From Candidatus Poribacteria bacterium (GTDB lineage Bacteria > Poribacteria > WGA-4E > WGA-3G): a stretch of 64,000 nucleotides of DNA. The notes under the pieces were generated by a model. The model was not told the origin of the DNA, did no database searches, and saw nothing but the letters and a program-made list of their open reading frames with translations. The stretch is taken from NCBI GenBank assembly GCA_965214095.1, contig OZ243938.1, positions 1,312,001 through 1,376,000 of the forward strand. The letters run 5' to 3'. Shown piece by piece: positions 19,655 to 29,209 of this stretch; within the stretch, counting starts at the first letter, position 1; each line of letters opens with the position of its first letter. Both the position numbers and the translations under genes were made by a program.

Positions 19655-20764
19655 TTGTTGAACAATAAAAATGCAGATGTTGTTATAATCGGTGGTGGTA
19701 TAATCGGTTGTGCAATTGCTTATGAACTTTCAAAACAGCAGGTTTCAGTCATCGTAATTGAGAAGGCATCACGCGTTGGTGCAGAAGCTTCTTGGGCGGG
19801 TGCTGGTATACTCACTTCTCACGCCTCCACACACGAACCTTACCCAGAATTGTGTCGTGCAAGTCTTGGAATGTATCCTAATTTAGCATCTGAACTTAAG
19901 GATGAAACCCATATTGACATTGAGTTTATCCGTTCAGGAACACTCTCTGTCTACTTTGATGAGGCTGAAGCATTAGGTTTAGTTGGATTAGCAGAAAGGA
20001 GAGTCAATCGAGGATTTACTGCCGAAGTTTTGACACCAGAGCAGACATGGCATTTAGAACCTGCAGTATCAAAAAGTATTGCAGGGGCAGTGCTGTTCCC
20101 TGAAGATGGACATGTGCGAAATCCAAAAATGGTTACTGCTCTTGCGAAGGGAGCATCTAAAAACGGTGCCAAATTTATCTTAGGTAATGCGGTGACTAGA
20201 TTTGTCCGTCAAGACAGTCAAGTCGTTGGAGTGGTTGTAAACGGTGAGACAATTCATGCTGATAGTCTTGTTATTGCAGCAGGTTGTTGGTCTGGACAAT
20301 TGACATCAATGCTTGATTGTCCAATCACTGTCTCTCCTGCGAAAGGACAGATTGTCCTGTTGGAAACGATGCCACCGATATTTCAACGCACAATAGATGG
20401 ACTTGGTATCTATATTGTACCACGAACTGATGGGAAGATCTTACTGGGTGCAACTGTGGAGCATATAGGCTACGACAAAACACCAACTCTTGATGGTGTG
20501 AAACAGATGATAGATGCGGCAGTTGTGATTGCGCCTGAACTTGCTGAGAGTAAATTTGTGCAAACGTGGACAGGTTTACGTCCATATTACAGAAGTGGTC
20601 CGTGTCTCGGATATCTTCCTGGTCACGATAATGTCGTCTTGGCATCAGGACATTATAAGAACGGTATTTTACTTGCGCCGATTACAGGAAAACTCATTGC
20701 AGAACTTCTAATCACTGGAAAACCGTCATTATCTCTTGATCCTTTTTCACCTAAATATACATAG
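19655..20764 (+). CDS. thiO: Glycine oxidase ThiO / FAD-dependent D-amino-acid oxidase family
   Basis: IGGGIIG, EASWAGAGIL, AAGCWS, KGQI, WTGLRP and GHYKNGILLAPITG. Confidence 0.8.
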   Translation: MLNNKNADVVIIGGGIIGCAIAYELSKQQVSVIVIEKASRVGAEASWAGAGILTSHASTHEPYPELCRASLGMYPNLASELKDETHIDIEFIRSGTLSVYFDEAEALGLVGLAERRVNRGFTAEVLTPEQTWHLEPAVSKSIAGAVLFPEDGHVRNPKMVTALAKGASKNGAKFILGNAVTRFVRQDSQVVGVVVNGETIHADSLVIAAGCWSGQLTSMLDCPITVSPAKGQIVLLETMPPIFQRTIDGLGIYIVPRTDGKILLGATVEHIGYDKTPTLDGVKQMIDAAVVIAPELAESKFVQTWTGLRPYYRSGPCLGYLPGHDNVVLASGHYKNGILLAPITGKLIAELLITGKPSLSLDPFSPKYT

Positions 20765-20887
20765 TCAATACAATTAATGTCGTCATGCTAAATAGAAATT
20801 ACATCGTATCAGCGTATCTATACCAATATAATGTGAAATTCAAACTAATTATACTGTGTTATACCTTAAAAGATAGGAGAATAATTT

Positions 20888-21082
20888 ATGCAACCTGAAT
20901 CACTAACAATTTTAACATTGCTGATTGGATTGTTTGGGGTTATATTTTGGATGGTTGTCGGATGGCGCGCAATGCGTGCACACGAAAAACTTGCAGATTC
21001 AATGGAATGGTTTGTCCGACAAGTCTATAGAAAAGAATATGATAATAAGGAACAGGATTTACGCGCTTCACAAGAGGATTAG
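20888..21082 (+). CDS. Small single-TM membrane protein
   Basis: AGGAG SD, one TM helix, then WRAMRAHEKLAD. Confidence 0.65.
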   Translation: MQPESLTILTLLIGLFGVIFWMVVGWRAMRAHEKLADSMEWFVRQVYRKEYDNKEQDLRASQED

Positions 21083-21178
21083 TTCAATCGCTGATTTCTT
21101 TGAATGCTTATATGCAACTATACAATTATTCTTGACATCATAAATTATTGTTGTAATAATGACTTAAGGTATATAATC

Positions 21179-22321
21179 ATGAAAATTACTGCAATCAAAA
21201 CCTTCATAGCAAACTTTGGCAACCGTTCAAGAGGACTCATCAAAGTAGAAACCGATGAGGGAATATATGGATGGGGTGAAGCCTATTCTACCGGACCAGA
21301 TCTCTCTGTTGAACCCATTGCAAACTATATCTTTGAAATGATTCAAGGGGATGATCCGAGACGAATAGAATATATCATGCTAAAACTCCATCAACAGTTC
21401 AGATTTCCTCCCGGTGGTGCAGGTTTAGCTGTCATCTCTGCGATTGACCATGCGCTTTGGGACATCAGTGGGAAAGCTGCAGGGTTACCAGTTTATATGC
21501 TTCTCGGTGGACATGCACGTGACAGAATCCGTGTCTATCGGGGTATTGGTGGAAGAGATGGTATTGAAGCCGCCGATCAAGCCAGAAAACTCAATGAGGA
21601 TTGGGGGTTCACAGCATTCAAAACAAGTCCATATAAACTTAATCCAGATGCGGATCGGTGGGGAAGAGTATGTGATGCGGCAGCTACCTATTTTGAACAA
21701 ATAAGATTGAATACACCTGACGATTGGGAATTCGCGTTTGACCCACATGCAAAAATCTTTGAACCGATACGCGCCCTACAATTGGCAAATGCACTTGCTC
21801 CTTATGACCCATATTTCTATGAAGAACCTATACGTCCCGAGCATATTCCAGCATGGTCGCGCCTTCGTTCACAGATGCAAGTGCCATTGGCAACTGGAGA
21901 ATCCTTATACACTCGGTTTGAATTTCTTGATATAATCGCTGCACAAGGAGCGGACATCATTCAACCTGATATTTGTGTCTGTGGAGGGTTGTTAGAGATG
22001 CGCAAGATAGCCGCGATTGCAGAAGCACATTATGTTAGCATTGCTCCGCACAACCCAATGGGTCCTCTGGCAACAGCAGTGAATGTTCACTTCGCTGCAG
22101 CAACACCAAACTTCAAAATCCTTGAATATCTCTTACCTACAGATAGTGCTTGGAATTCTTGGGTTGACGAACCTTATATGCCAAAGGACGGTTACTTGGA
22201 ATTACGCGATCGTCCTGGACTCGGTGTTGATATCAACGAGGATGCAGTAACAGACAACGAATATGCACATTGGCAAAGAACCTGTCCAATCCGTCCAGAT
22301 GGGTCTACAGGTTACATCTAA
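21179..22321 (+). CDS. Mandelate racemase/enolase superfamily dehydratase (galactonate dehydratase-like)
   Basis: KVETDEGIYGWGE, AIDHALWDISGK, DPH, YEEP, ATGE, QPDICVCGG and APHNP. Confidence 0.9.
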   Translation: MKITAIKTFIANFGNRSRGLIKVETDEGIYGWGEAYSTGPDLSVEPIANYIFEMIQGDDPRRIEYIMLKLHQQFRFPPGGAGLAVISAIDHALWDISGKAAGLPVYMLLGGHARDRIRVYRGIGGRDGIEAADQARKLNEDWGFTAFKTSPYKLNPDADRWGRVCDAAATYFEQIRLNTPDDWEFAFDPHAKIFEPIRALQLANALAPYDPYFYEEPIRPEHIPAWSRLRSQMQVPLATGESLYTRFEFLDIIAAQGADIIQPDICVCGGLLEMRKIAAIAEAHYVSIAPHNPMGPLATAVNVHFAAATPNFKILEYLLPTDSAWNSWVDEPYMPKDGYLELRDRPGLGVDINEDAVTDNEYAHWQRTCPIRPDGSTGYI

Positions 22322-22365
22322 AGCCAATTAAGACTATAGCAATAATCAGGACTTACGCATAAATT

Positions 22366-22388
22366 GTAGGTGCGCTTTGTAAGCGCGC
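22366..22388 (+). repeat. GTAG-type REP-like palindrome
   Basis: GTAGGTGCGCTTTGTAAGCGCGC. A partial copy (TGTAAGCGCGCTGG) occurs at 35301. Confidence 0.5.
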
Positions 22389-22411
22389 TGGTAAAACAAG
22401 ATGGAGAAAGT

Positions 22412-23470
22412 ATGAACCCAGTAAAATTAGGCGTTATCGGTTGTGGTGTCATCGGCAGTAGACATCTCAGTATTGCAACGGAAACAGAACATATTGAGTT
22501 AGTTGCTGCTGCGGATATGGTAGAATCTTACAGAGAACGCGCTACAGAACGATTTAATCCACCAAAAATGTATACAAATGATGTTGATTTACTCGACGAT
22601 GAAAACGTTGAAGCAGTCGTACTCGCTTTTCCGACACAATTCCGAACTGAAGTTGCACTACGTGCTTTTGAAAGAGGAAAACATGTTCTGATTGAAAAGC
22701 CAATAGCAATGAATGTAGAGGAAGTCAATCAACTTATCGCTGCCCGTGGTGATTTAGTTTCGGGATGTTGTTCGTCACGTAACCGATTCAACAAAGCAGC
22801 ACGTCTTGCAACGGAATTAATCACATCAGGCGGGTTAGGTGAACTCCGCACAGTGCACTGTCGCGCAAAAAGAGGATGTGGAAAACAACCCGATTCCCCA
22901 CGGCCAGACTGGCGTTTAACGAAATCCCTAAACGGGGGTGGTATCCTTGTCAATTGGGGTTGTTACGATATAGATTTCCTGCTTGGAATTACCGGATGGC
23001 AACTCAAACCGAAAACAGTATTCGCACAAACGTGGACTGTTCCACCGGTCTTTGAATCGCATATCGCACCGGGTTCAGATGCAGAGACACATTATTTAGC
23101 TTTAGTGCATTGTGAAGATGGAACTGCCATTACGCTTGAACGCGGTGAATTCATGGCAGCGACATCACAGTCCGACTGGGAAATAATCGGTTCTGAAGGT
23201 GCATTGAAACTGAATATGGGAGATGGCAATCCAGAGAAGGTTCAGCATAGTCAAACAACAAGAGAAGAAGGAGTTTCTACCAATCCTCTTGCGAATTCAG
23301 ATGACACTGAAGGACCACATTACACAGATCCATTGGCAGACTTTGCTGCAGCTATCAGACAGAACCGACAACCCATAACTGGTTTGGAACAAGCATTGGT
23401 CGTTCAGCAAATTACGGATGCAATATATGCCTCAGCGGAAAGTGGTTCTGCAGTAGAAATAAAAGATTGA
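22412..23470 (+). CDS. Gfo/Idh/MocA family oxidoreductase
   Basis: GVIGCGVIG, GKHVLIEKP and GGGILVNWGCY. GGAGA SD before 22412. Confidence 0.9.
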   Translation: MNPVKLGVIGCGVIGSRHLSIATETEHIELVAAADMVESYRERATERFNPPKMYTNDVDLLDDENVEAVVLAFPTQFRTEVALRAFERGKHVLIEKPIAMNVEEVNQLIAARGDLVSGCCSSRNRFNKAARLATELITSGGLGELRTVHCRAKRGCGKQPDSPRPDWRLTKSLNGGGILVNWGCYDIDFLLGITGWQLKPKTVFAQTWTVPPVFESHIAPGSDAETHYLALVHCEDGTAITLERGEFMAATSQSDWEIIGSEGALKLNMGDGNPEKVQHSQTTREEGVSTNPLANSDDTEGPHYTDPLADFAAAIRQNRQPITGLEQALVVQQITDAIYASAESGSAVEIKD

Positions 23471-23492
23471 CAGTTCACATTAATTGGAAATA

Positions 23493-25118
23493 TTAAGGGT
23501 GTGGTTCACCTGTTTTCGGTTTCTCTTTAGGTGCGTTTGATTCCTCACCAAAACGGATATGTAGTGATGCACCAGGCGCGTGTTGTTTTCCATAAAGCAA
23601 GTGTTTTAGACCCCAGAAGGCAAACGTTGTACCAAACATCACTACTATTCCCCAAATAGATACTGACATGATCCAGTCGGAGAAAGAGAACACGTTTCCA
23701 GTCTGTTCCCGTACTACATTTGCACCAATTGCCACAACGATTGTACAAATAACAGCATTCAGAGTAATTACACCTTCAGTAATCATTCTACCCGGACTAA
23801 AGTTGACCAATGCACGTTCAAAGTTAATGACTACGACCCACCACAAAAATACAAGATATAACAGTTGTCCCTTTCCCATCCATTCTGATGATATAAATGG
23901 AATCGGATCGCGTAGATTGACTACCAACACTGCAATTAACATGATAGATAGCGCGATATAGAATATCTCAAACCAACCTATCCAGCCGCGGGAATGACGA
24001 AACCAACCGATGACAGGTAGGCCGAACATTCGTTCAGGCAAGGAATCTATGGAATCCACCCAAGTCTGACCTGCTTTACGATAATTCAGATATGTTAATG
24101 CAATCAAGATACAGAATACTGCAAACATTTCAATCCAACGTGGGAAAATTGGTTCAGTCTCTAATAGTGGTGTCCGATTGATTATCAATCCGAACGTAAT
24201 TGCAATACCGATCCCAAACAATAAACCTTGTAATTGCTCCATGACACTGTGCCAGTTTGTCTGAAGTCCTGTCTTGATACCGATAAGTTTCAGTAGTTGT
24301 CCGAAGGAAAATGCAACACCACCCGCGAAACCAGACATCAATGTTACAAAAGCAAGTCCCCCAAGTTTATAGTGCCAGCAAAATACTAACATACCCATAA
24401 CCATACCAACACATCCTGACCAATTATCGCCACGAGGAGGTGTCATACGTAGTTTCAAAACATTCACCAATAGCAGAAATCCAACAAACCATCCGACACC
24501 TAAATAGAGAATTAGCGATGTACCTATATCTATTTTCCCGCGAATGATGACAATCAATAATGCGGCAACGATGGCAACAAGCGCGGCTAACCAATCTGAG
24601 TCATACCAATAGAGTGGACTCTCATGCCGTTGCATACGTTTCGGTGCAAAGATAAGATCCACCACAACTGCTTGAAGCGACCATCCGACAAAAACCGCAC
24701 ACATCGGAACAAATAATATAGGTAATAAAGAACTGGATTGATCCTGGGTAGAATCTACGAGAAATGCAGGTAATGCAGTTCCTGCGCCACCAAGTGCAGC
24801 CCACAAGAAACCTATGACAAACAGATTGGCAAATCCATAAAGTACCGTAGGTGTATGAGACGAATGTGTGTAACCGACTACCATCATATAGGACATACTG
24901 CCACCGAATGACCATCCAATTGCCCCGAACAACGCAAAAAAGTGGATATATCTAAACCAATCTTCACGTCCTGACAAAAGGACGATTGCCATCGCAGCAA
25001 GTGCACCGGGTATGGCAGCACCATATTCATGGCCAAAGTTCCCGCGTATACCCCACCCAACGCAGAACGAAAGACCACACAACAATATCATTTGCCATGG
25101 AATTGATGAAAAATCCAT
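23493..25118 (-). CDS. Conserved polytopic membrane protein of unknown function
   Basis: About 14 TM with GWGIRGNFGHEYGA, FGGSMSY, RMTPPRGDNW and NWHSVMEQ. Confidence 0.75.
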   Translation of the reverse strand: MDFSSIPWQMILLCGLSFCVGWGIRGNFGHEYGAAIPGALAAMAIVLLSGREDWFRYIHFFALFGAIGWSFGGSMSYMMVVGYTHSSHTPTVLYGFANLFVIGFLWAALGGAGTALPAFLVDSTQDQSSSLLPILFVPMCAVFVGWSLQAVVVDLIFAPKRMQRHESPLYWYDSDWLAALVAIVAALLIVIIRGKIDIGTSLILYLGVGWFVGFLLLVNVLKLRMTPPRGDNWSGCVGMVMGMLVFCWHYKLGGLAFVTLMSGFAGGVAFSFGQLLKLIGIKTGLQTNWHSVMEQLQGLLFGIGIAITFGLIINRTPLLETEPIFPRWIEMFAVFCILIALTYLNYRKAGQTWVDSIDSLPERMFGLPVIGWFRHSRGWIGWFEIFYIALSIMLIAVLVVNLRDPIPFISSEWMGKGQLLYLVFLWWVVVINFERALVNFSPGRMITEGVITLNAVICTIVVAIGANVVREQTGNVFSFSDWIMSVSIWGIVVMFGTTFAFWGLKHLLYGKQHAPGASLHIRFGEESNAPKEKPKTGEPHP

Positions 25119-25297
25119 AATGAGATACTCCTATTTCAAAGTGCCTATAATCATTAGAAGAACTTCAGTTCTTAGATTATGTAGAATTATTATATTGTTG
25201 TCAAGTTTCTATAGTTGACATAGATCCGGAAATTCCTCGTTAATACCTTTAAAAAATGGTATAATGATAACATAGAGAAGCATTGAGAAAAGGTATT

Positions 25298-26635
25298 ATG
25301 AGAACTCTAATTCTATACATAATTCATTCAATTATATTATTGTTTATATTGCATTCTGAAGTGTCGGCTTTGGATTGGCAAGGATTCCTCGGTCCAGAAC
25401 AGAATGGCAAATCACAAGAAAAGATCAATATCACACCTTGGGACAAAACAGGTCCACCAGTACTGTGGACAAAAGAAATTGGCACGAGTTACGGTTCACC
25501 TAATGTAGCAAATGGTAAAGTCTACATATTCACTCGTCACGGAGATATGGCACGTTTATCCTGCTTAGAAAGTCAAACTGGAAACGAACTCTGGCGATTT
25601 GAATATCCAACGGATTATGAGGACATGTATGGATACAATAACGGTCCGCGGAGTTGTCCCATTGTTGACAACGATCGCGTCTATATATTCGGTGCGGAAG
25701 GGATGCTGCACTGTGTCAATGCGAAAAACGGAAAACGTATTTGGAAAGTTGATACCGTCCAGCAGTTCAATGTTGTAGACAACTTTTTCGGTGCTGCTTC
25801 TGCCCCCGCAGTTGAAGGTGATTTACTCATTGTCCAGATCGGTGGTTCACCGCCTGGTACTCCAAAAGATATTTGGGAATCAAAAGGTAAACCTAAACCA
25901 AATGGAAGTGGAATCGTTGCTTTCAACAAGTTCACAAGTGAAGTGATTTACCAGATCGCAGATGAATTGACAAGTTACGCAAGTCCAATCTTTGCTAATA
26001 TCAAAGGGAGACGGTGGGGATTTGCATTCATGCGTGGTGGACTTATTGGATTTGAACCGAAATCTGGGAAGATTGATTTCCACTATCCTTGGCGGGACAA
26101 TCAAGTTGAATCCGTTAACGCATCATCTCCAGTCATTGCTGATGACCTTGTTTTCATCAGTGAGTCTTATGGCATTGGTAGCTCAGTCCTTCAAGTACAA
26201 CCTGGTGGATACAAAGTTGTTTGGAAGGATAGACCAAACTCACGAAACAGAGCAATGGAGATGCATTGGCATACACCTATTCACCATGAAGGTTATATCT
26301 ATGGATGTAGCGGTAGACATTCTGGTGGTGCAGAATTCCGATGTGTAGAACTCAAAACTGGAAAAATCATGTGGCGTAGTCGTGTAAACGAACGCGCATC
26401 ATTACTTTGGATAAATGACTACTTCATCTATCTCGGTGAATATGGACGTTTGATGCTATTGAAATGCACTCCAGATAATCTTGAAGTCATATCTCAATCT
26501 GTGCCAACTGACAAAAATGGAAAGCAGCTGATTAACTATCCTGCATGGGCAGCACCTGTATTAGCTGATGGTCGTCTTTATGTTCGTGGAAAAGATCGAC
26601 TCATCTGTTTTTCATTAGATTCAACACAAAAATAG
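25298..26635 (+). CDS. PQQ-binding-like beta-propeller protein (BamB-like, secreted)
   Basis: Signal peptide, DWQGFLGP, repeated G..LW motifs, GPRSCP and WAAPVLADGRLYVR. Confidence 0.85.
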   Translation: MRTLILYIIHSIILLFILHSEVSALDWQGFLGPEQNGKSQEKINITPWDKTGPPVLWTKEIGTSYGSPNVANGKVYIFTRHGDMARLSCLESQTGNELWRFEYPTDYEDMYGYNNGPRSCPIVDNDRVYIFGAEGMLHCVNAKNGKRIWKVDTVQQFNVVDNFFGAASAPAVEGDLLIVQIGGSPPGTPKDIWESKGKPKPNGSGIVAFNKFTSEVIYQIADELTSYASPIFANIKGRRWGFAFMRGGLIGFEPKSGKIDFHYPWRDNQVESVNASSPVIADDLVFISESYGIGSSVLQVQPGGYKVVWKDRPNSRNRAMEMHWHTPIHHEGYIYGCSGRHSGGAEFRCVELKTGKIMWRSRVNERASLLWINDYFIYLGEYGRLMLLKCTPDNLEVISQSVPTDKNGKQLINYPAWAAPVLADGRLYVRGKDRLICFSLDSTQK

Positions 26636-26812
26636 TCTGATTCAGATTCAGCATGACTGAGTTGATTAGTACGCTGAACTTGTATAATCTACGCACTTCT
26701 TATTCTTTCAATCGGTTACTTCTCTCCAGTAAATCTCATTATATCAACAGATAGGCACAAGATTGAATGGGCCTATCCCAACAGTTGTTAATACAACTAC
26801 CTTTCAGACTAT

Positions 26813-27140
26813 TATAGTGAAATTAAAAATACGTGCACACTCCACGGTAGATGCGGTTTCCTAACCGCATCTATAACACTGAACAAATACCGGTTCGGTT
26901 AGGAAACCGAACCATAGGCGTCAATTTAGTGTAAATTAGGTGTTTTCCCCAGGCCGGTAGGTGCGGTTTCCTAACCGCACGGAACCTGTGCGAGAACCTC
27001 TATGAAGGTATTTGGCACAAAGCCGGTTCGGTTAGGAAACCGAACCTACCGGTACTTGGAAGGATGCTAAATTGACGCTTATGGTTCGGTTAGGAAACCG
27101 AACCTACCGTAGTATGTAAATAATTATGGTTTTTACTATA
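26813..27140. repeat. Composite REP/MITE cluster
   Basis: Five copies of GGTAGGT(T/G)CGGTTTCCTAACCG(A/C)ACC in both orientations. Inner inverted repeat CCATAGGCGTCAATTTAG (26912-26929) / CTAAATTGACGCTTATGG (27067-27084). Outer ends TATAGT...ACTATA. Confidence 0.85.
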
Positions 27141-27172
27141 ATTATTGCAAATGAATCAATGTAGATTGAAAT

Positions 27173-29134
27173 ATGACAAACACCTTTAACACTCAATCTG
27201 ATAATCCACAACAGACATCGCACCCAGGTGTAACCTTCCGTGCAATTCTGATTGGAATCATCCTTATTCCACCCAATTCCTATTTTATTATGGCAAACCA
27301 TCTCCGTTTCTGGAGTACTTTGCCGACAACAATGTCACTCATCTATAATGTTGTGATTACATTGACATTGTTAACATGTCTTAATTTCCTACTCAAGTTT
27401 ATACTACCTCGTTATGCACTTCGTCAAGGAGAACTATTGACGATATATGTTATCTTGTCAATTTCTTCAGCTATCGCGGGACACGATATGATGCAGACTG
27501 TTGTTCCCATTATCCCAAACGGTTTCTGGTTTGCAACACAAGAGAATGAATGGCAACAACTCTTCTGGCGTTTTTTACCCAGTTGGATGACGCTTAATGA
27601 TATGTCTGTTCTGCAAGATTTCTATGACGGTGACACGACTTTTTATACAAAAAAGTATATGGTAGCATGGTGGAAACCGATCCTTTGGTGGACTCTATTC
27701 TTATCAGTCATAATATGGGTAATGATATGCATTGACCTTCTCATTCGCAAGCAGTGGATTGAACATGAAAGATTGACATATCCGATTGTCCGATTACCGA
27801 TTGAGATGACGCATAATGATGGTAGGTTGTTTAAAAACAAAATGTTGTGGGTAGGATTCGCAATTGCAGGTGGGATCGATCTAATTAACGGTATCCATGC
27901 GTTCTTTCCAGCATTTCCTGAGATACCTGTGCGTAATGCAGATCTCGGCAGATATTTCACTGAAAAGCCATGGGATGCTATGGGGTGGACACCCATCTAT
28001 ATTCTTTCGTTTGGTGTGGGACTTGCATTTTTGATGCCGCTTGAGATGTCCTTTTCACTCTGGTTTTTCTATCTATTTTGGAAAGGAGAACGGATATTAG
28101 GAAGAGCAATGGGACTACAGATATTACCTGGATTTCCTTATGACGGACCACAAGGTGTGGGAGCATATCTTGCCATCGCTATTTTTGCACTCTATGGTGG
28201 ACGAAGACATCTTTATTCAATATTTACAAATTTTATAAATGCTTTTAGATTCGGCAAACAGAACACACAACTGAAACTTTCGACTGAGTATCGGGAAGCG
28301 ACTGGCAGCCGTTGGGCACTCGTCGGATTAGTCGCGGGTGTGTTATTCCTCTTCATCTTTTCAAGATACGGTGGAATGGCTATATGGATGATTGCACTTT
28401 ATTTTGTCATCTATTATCTACTCGCGCTTGGCATTACACGTGTCCGCGCCGAAGTCGGTCCGCCAACGCATGAGATGTTTGTGGCTAATCCACGGCAGTT
28501 TATTATTGACACACTTGGTTCCAGACACATTCCACCACCTAGTCTGACGATGATGTCACTATACTATGCATTTAATCGTGGGTATCGCGCACACCCGATG
28601 CCCCACACCTTAGAAGGATTCAAACTTGTTGAAGTAGCAAATATGAGAGCAGGAAGAATGGTCATCGCCATGATGTGTGCGGTTGTCTTCGGCATTCTTG
28701 CTGCATTCTGGTCATATCTTGTCGTATCTTATGACATAGGCGCGAATCCGGGTCTGGGGAACGGTGGATATAATAGACTCAGAACATGGCTTTATTATCC
28801 AAGTGAAACAAACATCCCCGCAGTTACATTCATGGGCGTAGGGTTTCTATTCACCGGTTTGCTGTGGTGGCTCCGAACACGATTTCCTGCCTTCCCTTTT
28901 CATCCTACGGGATATGCTGTTGCAAGTAGTATGTGGACGTTTGGCTGGCTTTGGTTTTCTGTATTCGTGAGTTGGTTAGCAAAATATATTATTCTACGAT
29001 TTGGCGGTATTCGCCTCTATCATCGGGTCTTACCTCTGTTTTTAGGACTGATATTAGGAGAATTCATTGTTGGTGGCGCGTGGGTGATCATTCGACTGAT
29101 ATGGGGTGTGTCTGTATATTCGTTCTATCGATAA
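27173..29134 (+). CDS. Large polytopic membrane protein (DUF6785/DUF6784-like, putative transporter)
   Basis: GVTFRAILIG, RKQWIEHERLTYPI, ITRVRAEVG, FPFHPTGY and PLFLGLILGEF, about 16 TM. Confidence 0.75.
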   Translation: MTNTFNTQSDNPQQTSHPGVTFRAILIGIILIPPNSYFIMANHLRFWSTLPTTMSLIYNVVITLTLLTCLNFLLKFILPRYALRQGELLTIYVILSISSAIAGHDMMQTVVPIIPNGFWFATQENEWQQLFWRFLPSWMTLNDMSVLQDFYDGDTTFYTKKYMVAWWKPILWWTLFLSVIIWVMICIDLLIRKQWIEHERLTYPIVRLPIEMTHNDGRLFKNKMLWVGFAIAGGIDLINGIHAFFPAFPEIPVRNADLGRYFTEKPWDAMGWTPIYILSFGVGLAFLMPLEMSFSLWFFYLFWKGERILGRAMGLQILPGFPYDGPQGVGAYLAIAIFALYGGRRHLYSIFTNFINAFRFGKQNTQLKLSTEYREATGSRWALVGLVAGVLFLFIFSRYGGMAIWMIALYFVIYYLLALGITRVRAEVGPPTHEMFVANPRQFIIDTLGSRHIPPPSLTMMSLYYAFNRGYRAHPMPHTLEGFKLVEVANMRAGRMVIAMMCAVVFGILAAFWSYLVVSYDIGANPGLGNGGYNRLRTWLYYPSETNIPAVTFMGVGFLFTGLLWWLRTRFPAFPFHPTGYAVASSMWTFGWLWFSVFVSWLAKYIILRFGGIRLYHRVLPLFLGLILGEFIVGGAWVIIRLIWGVSVYSFYR

Positions 29135-29135
29135 T

Positions 29136-29164
29136 TTGACAAAACCTTAGGTCAATGATATACT
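29136..29164 (+). promoter_or_regulatory. Putative sigma70 promoter
   Basis: TTGACA-17 nt-TATACT with TGn, 45 nt upstream of the ORF at 29210. Confidence 0.65.
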
Positions 29165-29209
29165 TCGTTAGACACGAGATTTATTTACAATGGATGCAAG
29201 AAACACATT

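Noticed and set aside
26750-26780. Hairpin GATAGGC...GCCTATC as an ncRNA or terminator
   Set aside because: It has a short stem with a 14-nt loop, no U-tract and no second copy, so support is insufficient.
26846-27108. Repeated ~26-nt palindromes resembling a CRISPR array (also at 40582-40800)
   Set aside because: The copies alternate in orientation, spacing is irregular, spacers are shared between loci, and no cas genes are present. They fit REP/MITE elements.
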